Positions 43,801 through 53,773 of a stretch of 64,000 bases of DNA are shown here, piece after piece. The notes below the pieces were generated by a model, which was given only the letters and a program-made list of their open reading frames with translations, did not search any database and was not told the origin of the DNA. The DNA is from an uncultured SAR86 cluster bacterium (GTDB lineage Bacteria; Pseudomonadota; Gammaproteobacteria; Magnimaribacterales; D2472): the NCBI GenBank assembly GCA_902602185.1, contig CACKPV010000001.1:170827-234826 (forward strand). The letters run 5' to 3'. Both the position numbers and the translations under genes were made by a program. Numbering within the stretch: the stretch's first letter is position 1; each line of letters opens with the position of its first letter.

Positions 43801-45867
43801 ATGCTAAATCTCAACAAAATCCTCTCTTTACTTATAGTTTTCTCCACTTTTGAAGTATTTTCATCGGGTGAATTTAATTTTAAGGTCAATGATGAGAATA
43901 TCATTTTAGGTAAAGAAATTTTTGAAAACATTGCCGATCATCACTACTCCAATAAGATAGAAAAGCAAACTTTTCATGTCCAATATATTGATGCGCTAAT
44001 TGAAGAACTTGATCCTAATAAAAACCTTTTTTTTGGTTATGAGGTCAGGAAATTCCAACGCATGGCAGAAGTTTTTAAGCCCTCAAGGCAAAATTTCTTC
44101 AGTTTAGAGGACGCCTTTAAGATTATTAACATTTATTTTAATAGGCTTTTGGAAGTTACAGATTATCAATCACAATTTATCATGACTGAAAGTTTTGATT
44201 TTACCCTTGATGAAAACCTTGATATTTATCCCGATGATAATGTTTACCCTAAAACAAGACACGAACTGAAGCAACGTTGGAGAAAAACAACTAAGAATGA
44301 TTTTCTTATTTCTCTTCTTGCTGATACTGAGGAAGATAATATAAAGGATAGTCTTCTTTCAAGATATTCCAATAGATCAAAAAGAATACTTCAAAGGAAT
44401 GTTGAAGATGTCTTTTCACTGGCAATGAATACACTAACTAATCAGTTTGATCCTCATTCCTCTTATATGTCTCCATATAATGCTGAAGATTTTGAAATAG
44501 ATATGAGTCTCAAATTAGGAGGCATTGGTGCCCTACTTTCTACAAAAGATGATTATGCAATTATTGTTAGTCTTGTTCCAGGAGGACCTGCTGAGCTTTC
44601 AGGTGAACTTAATGAAGAGGATAGAATTGTAAAAATTAGACAAGAAAATGAGGAAGTTTTTACTGATGTTACTGGATGGAGAATTGACGAAATTGTCAGA
44701 AATATTCGAGGGGAACCCCAATCTAAAGTTGAATTAGAAATCATCCCTGCTGATTCTGAAGACGATACCGAAAGAAAGAATGTACTCATTACTCGAGAAA
44801 TCGTAGAGTTAAAAGAACGTGAGGCTAAGTCGAAAATTGTAAATATTTCAAGAGAGAGTAAGGATTATAAAATAGGAATAATTGATCTACCCTCTTTTTA
44901 TATTGATTTTCAAGCATGGCAGGAAAAAGATCCTAACTATAAAAGTAGCAGTAAAGATGTTAAAAAGATTTTAAGTCAATTTAATGCAGACGATGTTGAT
45001 GCAGTTATCTTAGATCTCAGAAACAATTCAGGAGGAGCACTATCAGAAGCAAATAAACTTACAGCACTTTTTAATGCTCCAGGAGTTGCTTTACAAATCA
45101 AGGAGGCAACTGGAAATGTTTTCCCCTGGGGCGATGGGAGAGTTCAACAAATATGGAAAAAACCAATGGCAGTTTTAGTGAACCGATATTCTGCTTCAGC
45201 CTCTGAAATTTTTGCAGGGGCAATCCAAGATTACCAAAGGGGCTTAGTAATAGGACAAAGAACTTTTGGAAAAGGCACTGTTCAAAGAATTGAAAATCTC
45301 TCAGTTGGTCAAATGAAGATAACCGAGTCAAAATTCTATAGAATCACAGGAGACAGCACACAAAGTAAAGGAATTGAACCTGATATTCTTTTGCCAACTA
45401 CAAGAAATCTGGATGATGTTGGAGAAAGTGCTTTGCCTACGCATCTTCCCTGGGATAAAGTAAAACCAACTAGGTATCGCATGTTTCCTCTTGATAAGAA
45501 TCTGTTAGAAGTTACTAAGAGAAATAATCTAGTTCGAATGCAGTCTGATCCTAATCTGATCTATCTCCAAGATGTAAGAAAAAGATTTGATTCTCAAAAT
45601 GAAAAGAAAAATTTGAGTCTAATCTTAAATGTTCGCAAACAAGAACAACTGGAACGAAAAGAGTGGTATCTGACAACAGAAAATAAACGAAGGTCCGCTC
45701 TTGGGCTAGCATCCTTTGAGACTTATGAAGACCTTGAAGCATTCAATGATACTTTAGAGTTAGATGATATAAATACTCAGTCTGACTATTTACTTTTGGA
45801 ATCCATTGAAATTATTTCAGATTTTGTTTCATATGGAGAAATGCAACTATTTGGTCAAGCAAAATGA
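43801..45867 (+). CDS. prc: Carboxy-terminal processing (tail-specific) protease
   Basis: DPHSSY, GIGA PDZ loop, DLRNNSGG, SASASEIFAGA, TFGKGTVQ. Confidence 0.95.
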   Translation: MLNLNKILSLLIVFSTFEVFSSGEFNFKVNDENIILGKEIFENIADHHYSNKIEKQTFHVQYIDALIEELDPNKNLFFGYEVRKFQRMAEVFKPSRQNFFSLEDAFKIINIYFNRLLEVTDYQSQFIMTESFDFTLDENLDIYPDDNVYPKTRHELKQRWRKTTKNDFLISLLADTEEDNIKDSLLSRYSNRSKRILQRNVEDVFSLAMNTLTNQFDPHSSYMSPYNAEDFEIDMSLKLGGIGALLSTKDDYAIIVSLVPGGPAELSGELNEEDRIVKIRQENEEVFTDVTGWRIDEIVRNIRGEPQSKVELEIIPADSEDDTERKNVLITREIVELKEREAKSKIVNISRESKDYKIGIIDLPSFYIDFQAWQEKDPNYKSSSKDVKKILSQFNADDVDAVILDLRNNSGGALSEANKLTALFNAPGVALQIKEATGNVFPWGDGRVQQIWKKPMAVLVNRYSASASEIFAGAIQDYQRGLVIGQRTFGKGTVQRIENLSVGQMKITESKFYRITGDSTQSKGIEPDILLPTTRNLDDVGESALPTHLPWDKVKPTRYRMFPLDKNLLEVTKRNNLVRMQSDPNLIYLQDVRKRFDSQNEKKNLSLILNVRKQEQLERKEWYLTTENKRRSALGLASFETYEDLEAFNDTLELDDINTQSDYLLLESIEIISDFVSYGEMQLFGQAK

Positions 45868-46673
45868 TCTTTGTATCATTTAACATCAATAGTATTAGAG
45901 CAAGACCGCATCAATTAATTCACTTAAGAGATACTCTTGATCCAGATATTATCGGTCTCCAAGAAACAAAGGTAGATGATCCTGAGTTTCCTATAGAAAT
46001 GGTAAAAGAAATTGGTTATCACCCTGAATTTTGGGGTGGTAAGGGTCACTATGGAGTTGCTTTGTTAAGTAAAGTGAAACCAACTTTTGTTCAAAAGGGT
46101 TTTGAAACTGACACTATAGATGACCAAAAAAGATTTATTCATGCCAGTTATCCCTATCAAGATGACGAAATTCATATAATGAATGGATATTTTCCTCAAG
46201 GTGAGAACAGATCTCATGAAATCAAGTTTCCAAAAAAAGTAAAATTTTATAGTGATTTAAACTTGTATATACAAAAAGTTAAAAAGTCTTTTAAAAATAC
46301 TATTGTTATGGGAGATTTTAATGTTGCACCATCACCTAACGATATTGGATTAGGTGAAGTAAATGCCAAAAGATGGCTTAGAGATGGAAAATGTGCTTTC
46401 CTTCCTGAGGAAATTGAAATGTGGGAATCTATTCTTCAACTTGGATATATTGATTCATGGAGGTATCTCCATCCTGAAACAGATAATATCTTTAGTTGGT
46501 TTGACTATCGATCAAGAATGTTTGATATGACACCAAAACGGGGATTAAGGATTGATCAAATCTTAGTTTCGGATAATCTTAAGGAAAATATTCACTCAGC
46601 AGGCATGGATTATATTGCTAGAGCTTTAGAAAAACCATCGGATCATTGTCCAGTTTGGCTAAAACTAAAATAA
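45864..46673 (+). CDS. xthA: Exodeoxyribonuclease III
   Basis: SFNINSIRAR, GLQETK, NGYFPQG, GDFN, GLRID, PSDHCP. Confidence 0.97.
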   Translation: MIFVSFNINSIRARPHQLIHLRDTLDPDIIGLQETKVDDPEFPIEMVKEIGYHPEFWGGKGHYGVALLSKVKPTFVQKGFETDTIDDQKRFIHASYPYQDDEIHIMNGYFPQGENRSHEIKFPKKVKFYSDLNLYIQKVKKSFKNTIVMGDFNVAPSPNDIGLGEVNAKRWLRDGKCAFLPEEIEMWESILQLGYIDSWRYLHPETDNIFSWFDYRSRMFDMTPKRGLRIDQILVSDNLKENIHSAGMDYIARALEKPSDHCPVWLKLK

Positions 46674-47123
46674 CTATCTTCTTTCTTTGAAAAAATTTTG
46701 TATCAAGTGCCTTGCTTCCTTTTCTAAAATACCGTGCTCTGCAAACACTTGATGATTTAAAAAAGTTTTATCAAAAAAATTATCTTGGGAGAAAATAGCT
46801 CCCTCTTTAGGTTCTAAACAACCGATAAATAACTTTCTGAGTCTTGCATGAACAATTGCTTTTGCACACATGTGACAAGGCTCAACAGTAACATACATAT
46901 CACAATCAATTAATCGATGATTACCTAACAATGTTCCGGCAGCATCAATAGCTTCAAGCTCGGCATGAGCTGTAACTGAATTTTTAGTAATTGTAGAATT
47001 ATGGCCAGCACCAATGACTTGGTTATTTCTCACAATGATAGCGCCAATAGGTACTTCATTCATATCACTAGCTTTTTGAGCATATGATAAAGCTACTTGC
47101 ATAAATGCAAATTTATCAGACAA
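46674..47123 (-). CDS. tadA: tRNA adenosine(34) deaminase
   Basis: EVPIGA, AHAE, EPCHMC, FFKERR; TTG start. Confidence 0.9.
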   Translation of the reverse strand: MSDKFAFMQVALSYAQKASDMNEVPIGAIIVRNNQVIGAGHNSTITKNSVTAHAELEAIDAAGTLLGNHRLIDCDMYVTVEPCHMCAKAIVHARLRKLFIGCLEPKEGAIFSQDNFFDKTFLNHQVFAEHGILEKEARHLIQNFFKERR

Positions 47124-47125
47124 AA

Positions 47126-48520
47126 CTAATCATTAAAGAGTGGTTTAAGTTTTTCAAGAATCTCTTTTTGCAATTTGTCTAGATCGTCTCGTTCCATTTC
47201 TTTGAAAAACTCAATTTTAGCTTTTTCAGGACTTGGCCATGCTTTATCCTCTTCAACAGTCCATCTAGTTTTGATCAAGTCTTCAATGCTTTTTCTATCT
47301 TCTTGACTTATTTGATCAGGATAATGCACATAAAGTATTCTTTTTGCTAATTCGCGATAACGAAAGTCTTCAAAGTTTAAGAGAATTTTTTGTTTTTCTT
47401 CGAAAGTATCTGTTTGATGAAACTGCTCACATAACAAAGCATCACCTGCTGAAGGAAAGCCTCCATACACCATCTCATCAACATATTTCTTTTCTGGATA
47501 CGATCTTGGGATAATGTCACCACATGCTGCCATAACCTTTTCTTTAAAATCAATATTTGAAGACACAATATCTGCCCTTTTTGCTAACTCTGTTTGAGAT
47601 ATTTCAAATCTAAAGTCAAACTTTGAAGCATCAAGCAATGCTCTAGATTTGTTAATAGGAATAACTTTAAACGGAGATTCTTTATTAGGTTTAGCAATAC
47701 AAGAAATCAATTCTGCGTAGTCCATATCCAATACATCTTCAAAGGGCCAAGATAAATCCAGGAAAATTGCTTTGTTAGTATCTTCAGGATTTAAAGTTAA
47801 AAATGTTAAAGGATAGGTATAAATTTGCCCAAACATCTTATCAACAAATCCAAAATATTTTCTCGTGTTTAAATAGTTTAGATAACTCTCTTTTGTTGAT
47901 AGTTCTAAGAAATCAGTAATAAGATCTTTGTTTATTTTTGCAACAAACTTCATCAACTCTATCGTAAATTCTGTATCTTTTAAGGCATCATGAGCATCAG
48001 CAACATCAACACCAATTCGGCTTAAGATTTTGCCGAGGCTCAACATTGGCACATCATATTTATTTTTTTCGTAATCTATAGCATCTGGGTATAGATAGGA
48101 GAACAACAACATTAAAAACATAATGTCACTTCTTCCATTACCATTTGTATTGGTAGTAAAAGAAGGCAACAAATTCCAGTAAAATTGGCGACGATAAAGT
48201 TCCTCATCAAAGCGATGACCATTATAGGTGAAAAAAATAGTTTTCTTATTAAAGCTCCAGTTTTGCCAAGTATCATAAATTTCTTTCATCATTTGATAGT
48301 GTGATCTATTCGAATCCAGAGAACCAATTTGTTTATGCGTCACAAAGGCTCCCGGAGTAGGAATAACCCAAGGCAATGGTTTTGAGAGAATATTTTGTGT
48401 ATCTAAAATATTAAATTCGGTATCAGTTAGGATAGATGCTGATTGAATTATTTGTATAAAGTCTGTTTCATGCAATCCAGTGGTTTCAGTATCACTAAAA
48501 ACATAATTCGTTTCCATCAA
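47126..48520 (-). CDS. Exonuclease I (SbcB-like, DEDDh 3'-5' exonuclease)
   Basis: FSDTETTG (ExoI), YNGHRFDEE (ExoII), AHDALKD (ExoIII), late YGGFPS..D; 464 aa. Confidence 0.85.
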   Translation of the reverse strand: MMETNYVFSDTETTGLHETDFIQIIQSASILTDTEFNILDTQNILSKPLPWVIPTPGAFVTHKQIGSLDSNRSHYQMMKEIYDTWQNWSFNKKTIFFTYNGHRFDEELYRRQFYWNLLPSFTTNTNGNGRSDIMFLMLLFSYLYPDAIDYEKNKYDVPMLSLGKILSRIGVDVADAHDALKDTEFTIELMKFVAKINKDLITDFLELSTKESYLNYLNTRKYFGFVDKMFGQIYTYPLTFLTLNPEDTNKAIFLDLSWPFEDVLDMDYAELISCIAKPNKESPFKVIPINKSRALLDASKFDFRFEISQTELAKRADIVSSNIDFKEKVMAACGDIIPRSYPEKKYVDEMVYGGFPSAGDALLCEQFHQTDTFEEKQKILLNFEDFRYRELAKRILYVHYPDQISQEDRKSIEDLIKTRWTVEEDKAWPSPEKAKIEFFKEMERDDLDKLQKEILEKLKPLFND

Positions 48521-49230
48521 TTAACCTCCTTTGAAAATGAGTGAAAATCTTGTCTTTTATCTTGCACGTAAAATGGAAGATAAACAAAGTAAATAAAACA
48601 AATAGCAACAGGATAAAGGACTAACATATGAATCGGGGGATCAGGCATCAACGAAATAATGTTTGTACCATGCGGACGATCATTTAAGTACCAATAATTT
48701 GTATCCAGTAATTCATTGATACCATATATAGCTGCTAACAAAATTGATGAATAAAAAATAAGTTTAGGAATATCGTTTAAATAAGGTCTTTCTTTATGCA
48801 AAGTAAGTGCAACGGATACTCCAAGTAAAATTAATGAATGTCCATACATGGTATTCAAGTAATCATATGCAGGAAATGCATATTCAGCATCAGGAGTCAA
48901 AATCGACATTCCGGCTCCAGTGACCCCCCAGAAAAATGCAAATACAAATAAATATCTTTGTTTAGTAATTAGATAACTTGCAATAATTAGGGCAGAAAAG
49001 TCACATAAATGCAGAGGAAGAGCATCTGCTAACCTAAAATCATTAACAACAATATCAACAAAAGTGACTCTTATTTGATGAAAGAAAATCAAAAAAGCTA
49101 CAAGATAAGAAAAAAAATCAATCACCTTTTGATCAGAGTTTCTAAATAATCTTGGAAGAAAAATAATAGTACATAAACAAATGCTAAAAACTAGAAAGTG
49201 AGAGATTGATAGTAGCTCAAATTTATTCAT
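48517..49230 (-). CDS. TMEM164/YwaF (TIGR02206) family integral membrane protein
   Basis: About six TM helices; LPLHLCD, ILTPD, GH and NYWYL motifs. Confidence 0.85.
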   Translation of the reverse strand: MNKFELLSISHFLVFSICLCTIIFLPRLFRNSDQKVIDFFSYLVAFLIFFHQIRVTFVDIVVNDFRLADALPLHLCDFSALIIASYLITKQRYLFVFAFFWGVTGAGMSILTPDAEYAFPAYDYLNTMYGHSLILLGVSVALTLHKERPYLNDIPKLIFYSSILLAAIYGINELLDTNYWYLNDRPHGTNIISLMPDPPIHMLVLYPVAICFIYFVYLPFYVQDKRQDFHSFSKEVN

Positions 49231-49293
49231 GTTATTATTTTATAATATTTATACGACAAATAGTGTCGTTTCAGATTAAATAATGGTTTCATC

Positions 49294-50187
49294 TTAAGAA
49301 AAATCCTCAAAAAGTTGAATATTTTTTATTAATTTATAATTAAAGAGAACAAGCTCCATTCTTTTCGATTGATCTGCACTATAACTACCTGAACTCCTCA
49401 TTGTATAAGTATGAGCAAACTCTGCAGCATTCCATTTAGAAAACCTTTGTTTTATAGAGTCCGAATTATTGTATGAGATTAGATGATGGCATTTTGATTT
49501 GTTACAACGCTCTGCAAACTGATCATGGTCAAAAAATTTATGCATGCTGCCCTTCCTGCCATAAAGATTATCTTTAATTTCATAGGGAGGATCTGAGTAA
49601 ATGAATGCAGATGCAGAGTCTCTCAGTAATCTTTGATAGGGTAAGTTAGTAATTTTCCAATATTTTATTACTTGCTGATAATCTTTCAATTTTGATATGC
49701 CTAGTAAACTGAAATTTGATTCACTTGCAGACTGGGAAAAAGAAGAAGATTCACCTAGTCCTGAAAAACCACATTTATTAACAACATAAAAACGTGTTGC
49801 AACTTCAAAATGCTCATTGTCACCATATTCACCAGCTAAAAACTCTTTAGACTCTTCAAAAAGAGTTCTTGCCAACTCTGGTTTAGGATATTGATTCTTT
49901 AAATCTGTAAGATGATCAGATAATTCAATCCCATTTTCTTGCAATTGTGTCCAAAAAATAAATAAAGGTTTATAAAGATCATTCACCCATATTTTTATGT
50001 GTGGAAATAATTTGGTAACGTGAAGTGATACTGAACCTCCTCCTAAAAAAGGCTCTCTGAAACTTTTATAACTACTTAAATCTGGGAAAAAGTTGTTAAA
50101 TAAACTTTTTAGCGCCCTTGATTTCCCTCCTGGGTATCGCAATGGTGTTTTTAAAGATTTTGGATATTTAGATTTTAATGAAGACAT
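49294..50187 (-). CDS. Orphan D12-class N6-adenine DNA methyltransferase (Dam-like)
   Basis: KTPLRYPGGKS, EPFLGGGS (motif I), VND, DPPY (motif IV), ISYN. Confidence 0.93.
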   Translation of the reverse strand: MSSLKSKYPKSLKTPLRYPGGKSRALKSLFNNFFPDLSSYKSFREPFLGGGSVSLHVTKLFPHIKIWVNDLYKPLFIFWTQLQENGIELSDHLTDLKNQYPKPELARTLFEESKEFLAGEYGDNEHFEVATRFYVVNKCGFSGLGESSSFSQSASESNFSLLGISKLKDYQQVIKYWKITNLPYQRLLRDSASAFIYSDPPYEIKDNLYGRKGSMHKFFDHDQFAERCNKSKCHHLISYNNSDSIKQRFSKWNAAEFAHTYTMRSSGSYSADQSKRMELVLFNYKLIKNIQLFEDFS

Positions 50188-50272
50188 ATCTTGTATAGAT
50201 TGTAACTCAGTTTGCTAGAGACAGAATAATTACTAGTGATCGTAAATTTCCTATACAAAGTGGTAAATGAAT

Positions 50273-50932
50273 TTATGGATTTATACGAAATCTAAAGAAT
50301 AATAGAACACCGCTTACAGAGCTAATCAAAGCAAGAATAGAAAAAACTTTTAAAAGGAAATTATTAATATTGTCTCGGGTTTGCCAGTCCATTATATGAA
50401 AACCCCACATTAGATCCCAAATTTTCCATTGCATAGAGCGAATGGCAACAATTTTTCCAGAATAAGGGTTAACGTATACGTTGATTGATTTTTGATCTTT
50501 GTTTAAGGAAAGTACTTGATACAAGGGTAATTCACGTCCTCGATATTCTGAACCATTTCTATCCTGATCAATTAAGAAAACATCAATAGGATTTAAGATT
50601 GAATTTTCTTTAACAGTCAATTTTGCTTGTTCAACAGTAAGCATACTCACTGGACTCCCATTACTGTCAAGATACTTGCGTCCTGATGGGTCAGAGATGA
50701 TTAATATTTGCTGATCTACCCTATTGACAACATCAAAATTCGAGATATTTTCAAAATTACCTTTAAGTTGATCAAGATTAAGTGAAAACGATGATGGCAA
50801 TCGATATTGCTCACCTCTTACAAGTTCTATTTTATTGAAAGAGAAATAGATTCCTGAAACCGTCCATAATAGTAGTTGAAGAGAGATAAAAAAACTTAAA
50901 TACTTATGGATATTGCGAATCGATAATTTCAT
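50273..50932 (-). CDS. PepSY-associated TM domain protein
   Basis: HKYL..FI.LQLLLW..SG, YVNPYSG, W..WD.MWGFHIMD. Confidence 0.85.
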   Translation of the reverse strand: MKLSIRNIHKYLSFFISLQLLLWTVSGIYFSFNKIELVRGEQYRLPSSFSLNLDQLKGNFENISNFDVVNRVDQQILIISDPSGRKYLDSNGSPVSMLTVEQAKLTVKENSILNPIDVFLIDQDRNGSEYRGRELPLYQVLSLNKDQKSINVYVNPYSGKIVAIRSMQWKIWDLMWGFHIMDWQTRDNINNFLLKVFSILALISSVSGVLLFFRFRINP

Positions 50933-50958
50933 CTCAATGAAAGAATTCAAATAAACTA

Positions 50959-51951
50959 TTATGAGTTCCCAAAAATGGTGTTATGAGTATTATTCACTCT
51001 TACAAAAGTTGTGCATTTTGATAATGTTTTAAGCCTATTTGCACCAACATAGGTACAAGCTGAACGAATGCCACTTAAAATATCTTTTATTGTATCGTCT
51101 GCTTTTCCTCGATAATTAACTTCAACCAGCTTACCTTCTGTTCCTCTATAGTCATTATGATTACCATGGCGACTCATAGCAGATTCTGATGCCATCCCAT
51201 AAAATTTCATAACTCCATCCTCAACTGTTCCATCACATTCATCATGTCCTGCAAGCATTCCTCCGATCATCACAAAATCTGCACCGCCTGCAAATGCTTT
51301 AACAATATCTCCAGAACTTGTACAACCTCCATCTGCTATGATATGAGCGCCCAAACCATGAGCAGCATCAGCACATTCAATTACAGCACTTAATTGTGGA
51401 TAACCAATTCCCGTTTTGATTCTTGTAGTACAAACTGATCCTGGCCCAATGCCAACTTTGACAATATCCGCTCCAGCTAGAATTAATTCTTGAGTCATAT
51501 CAGCTGTAACGACATTACCTGCAGCAATAGTTGCTTTTGGGCATTTTTCTCTCAATTGTTTCACCGCATCCACAAATTTAATTGTGTAACCATTTGCAAC
51601 ATCTAGCCCAATAAATGCTGAGGAAGCTTTTGATAGTTTAGATATATCATCAATGCCACCAAACCAACAAATGTTTTCTGGGCCATCTTTAAAATCTTCA
51701 GAATCTTTTTTGAGGTAATGTCTTGCTGGACAAGTAATTAAATTATACTTAGACAGTGCTTTATGCATAGCTGGAGTGCCAACTGTGTCCATATTTGCTG
51801 ACATTATAGGGATACCTTTCCATTTCTTTTTACTCCAAAGAAATCTATGTGTTCGCTCAAGATTAACCTCTCCCCTCGAACTCATAGTAGATCTTTTTGG
51901 TCTTATTAAGACATCAGAATAATCAAGTTTTACCTCTTCATTTATTAACAA
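50959..51951 (-). CDS. guaC: GMP reductase
   Basis: LDYSDVLIRPKRS, ANMDT, DVANGY, GIGPGSVCTTR, ECADAAHG; no CBS domains. Confidence 0.95.
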   Translation of the reverse strand: MLINEEVKLDYSDVLIRPKRSTMSSRGEVNLERTHRFLWSKKKWKGIPIMSANMDTVGTPAMHKALSKYNLITCPARHYLKKDSEDFKDGPENICWFGGIDDISKLSKASSAFIGLDVANGYTIKFVDAVKQLREKCPKATIAAGNVVTADMTQELILAGADIVKVGIGPGSVCTTRIKTGIGYPQLSAVIECADAAHGLGAHIIADGGCTSSGDIVKAFAGGADFVMIGGMLAGHDECDGTVEDGVMKFYGMASESAMSRHGNHNDYRGTEGKLVEVNYRGKADDTIKDILSGIRSACTYVGANRLKTLSKCTTFVRVNNTHNTIFGNS

Positions 51952-52047
51952 TATTATTCTCCTCTTTCATCATTACTTTATATTAAATAGATACCTATTA
52001 ACATATCTCATTGAGATTTAATAAGATTAAAAATTAGTTTTATTTTT

Positions 52048-52905
52048 TTAAAAATTAACAATTTTCTGTAAGGAAGTTCCTAAAATATTATCTTTAATTT
52101 TAGTAATCATCATTAATACTTTGACGGGAAAGGGATTTTTTGTATTACTCGAGAACTCTTCTTGAGTGGTAAGATCCTGATACCACAAATTAATTTTTGG
52201 ATAGTGAGACGCAAAGGGGTATCCCACTTGTGATAAGCGATGAACATAAATAAACCAAGATATGTCTAGCAAAGTAACTGAATCTCCAAGCAAGTAGCTT
52301 TGCTTTGATAAACGATGCTCAAACTGATCAAACTTTTTTCTAAATTTATCAATTGATGACACAATTGCATCATTTGTCACCCCCTCTTTACTCACACCTT
52401 TGTAAAAATTGAGAACCTTAGATTTATGACTATAGTTAAGCACTTCCCCAATTTTGGCATCATCTTCATACTTTTTAATAATAGTATTCTTTTTTTTCAT
52501 TAATTTATTACCGAACATAAACCGGTAGCTAATATTGCGGATATCCATATGTAAATCGTCTTCGGTTTGCAATTCTTCTTGCATGGTTTCCTGAAGTTCA
52601 TTGGGAAGCAGACATGGTGAAGGAAATTTACTCTCAAGATATTGCATGATGTCATTACTCTCTATGTGGACCTCACCATTATCGATCAAGACTGGGACTT
52701 GTGCCCTAGGATTGATCCCCATAAACCAATCAGAATAATTCGCATCCGCAGCTAAATTAATTTGATGATCTTGCCAGGTAATACCTTTAAGTTGCATGAA
52801 AATTCGTACTTTTTGTGAACAAGCTGATGCAGCAAAATTTAATAAGTGAAGTCCTTTCCAATTAAGAACTTCTTTAGTTTTTATATAACTCGATTCTAAT
52901 TTCAT
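52048..52905 (-). CDS. Glutathione S-transferase family protein (long form)
   Basis: CSQKVR, INP..QVPVL, ESNDIMQYL, YLLGD..TLLDI. Confidence 0.9.
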   Translation of the reverse strand: MKLESSYIKTKEVLNWKGLHLLNFAASACSQKVRIFMQLKGITWQDHQINLAADANYSDWFMGINPRAQVPVLIDNGEVHIESNDIMQYLESKFPSPCLLPNELQETMQEELQTEDDLHMDIRNISYRFMFGNKLMKKKNTIIKKYEDDAKIGEVLNYSHKSKVLNFYKGVSKEGVTNDAIVSSIDKFRKKFDQFEHRLSKQSYLLGDSVTLLDISWFIYVHRLSQVGYPFASHYPKINLWYQDLTTQEEFSSNTKNPFPVKVLMMITKIKDNILGTSLQKIVNF

Positions 52906-52936
52906 ACTGATAAGTTACTTATCCATAACTAATAAT

Positions 52937-53479
52937 CTAGTATGCAATCAAGGTTTTAATGTTATAACCTTGATTCTTAATCAGCTCACTGCCTCCTAAG
53001 TCAGGTAAATCAATCACACATAAAATTAAAATATCGGATTTATTGATATTAAAATTTTCTGTTAAAAGTTCCCCGCAAGCAATGGCAGTACCTCCTGTTG
53101 CAACAAGATCATCAATGATTACAATTTTTTGACCAGACCTTATGCTTGTATTTTTTTGAATCTCGATAGAAGTACTTCCGTATTCTAAATCAAAACTTTT
53201 AATATATGTTTCATTGGGTAATTTGCCCGGTTTACGCGCTAAAACAAAAGGTAGCAGTAAGTCATTAGCTACCGAGCCAGCAAAAATAAATCCCCTACTT
53301 TCAATACTCACGACAATTTCTGCAGAAAAATTTTCAGTAAGTTCAGTCAGTCTTTTACAAGTCTTTTTAAAAGTCTTCGGAGTTTCGATAAGACTGGTAA
53401 TATCTCTAAATTGTATCCCTGGAATAGGAAAATCATTCACTTCACGGATATGTTTTTTTAGATCTAATGGGTCACTCAT
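52937..53479 (-). CDS. apt: Adenine phosphoribosyltransferase
   Basis: DFPIPGIQFRDIT, ESRGF, RKPGKLP, LEYG, IDDLVATGGT. Confidence 0.97.
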   Translation of the reverse strand: MSDPLDLKKHIREVNDFPIPGIQFRDITSLIETPKTFKKTCKRLTELTENFSAEIVVSIESRGFIFAGSVANDLLLPFVLARKPGKLPNETYIKSFDLEYGSTSIEIQKNTSIRSGQKIVIIDDLVATGGTAIACGELLTENFNINKSDILILCVIDLPDLGGSELIKNQGYNIKTLIAY

Positions 53480-53482
53480 TCT

Positions 53483-53761
53483 TTATTTATTTTTAAAAAT
53501 ATCAAATAAATGATTCCCATCACTATCAAAGACACTGTAATTTGGAGCAATATCACCAACATCATTATTAAAAATACTCATAAGAAGAGCACAAATAAAT
53601 ATAATTGCCAATCCTAAAATAATATTTCCAGTGAATATGCCCATTAAACCCACAAGAAAACCAACATGAAGCAATAACTTAAACAAAAAAATTATTACTG
53701 GTATAGCTAAAATCAATGCCATTACATATAAAACTGTAGTTACTAAATCACCCATACTCAC
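53483..53761 (-). CDS. Small hypothetical membrane protein
   Basis: 92 aa with 2-3 hydrophobic segments and a short polar tail; the true start may be the ATG at 53755. Confidence 0.6.
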   Translation of the reverse strand: MSMGDLVTTVLYVMALILAIPVIIFLFKLLLHVGFLVGLMGIFTGNIILGLAIIFICALLMSIFNNDVGDIAPNYSVFDSDGNHLFDIFKNK

Positions 53762-53773
53762 TCAATATTAGCA
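53759..53773 (+). repeat. Imperfect direct-repeat copy of the guaA 3' end (putative att core)
   Basis: CACTCAATATTAGCA (53759-53773) versus CACTCAATAGTAGCA (54531-54545, last codons of guaA): 14/15 identical. Confidence 0.5.

Noticed and set aside
46674-47123. Deaminase next to a nuclease and a methylase, considered as an antiviral deaminase
   Set aside because: Length and motifs fit ordinary TadA.
49253-49269. Hairpin ACGACA-AATAG-TGTCGT downstream of the methylase
   Set aside because: Only a 6-bp stem with no U-tract on the relevant strand; it cannot be called a terminator or operator.
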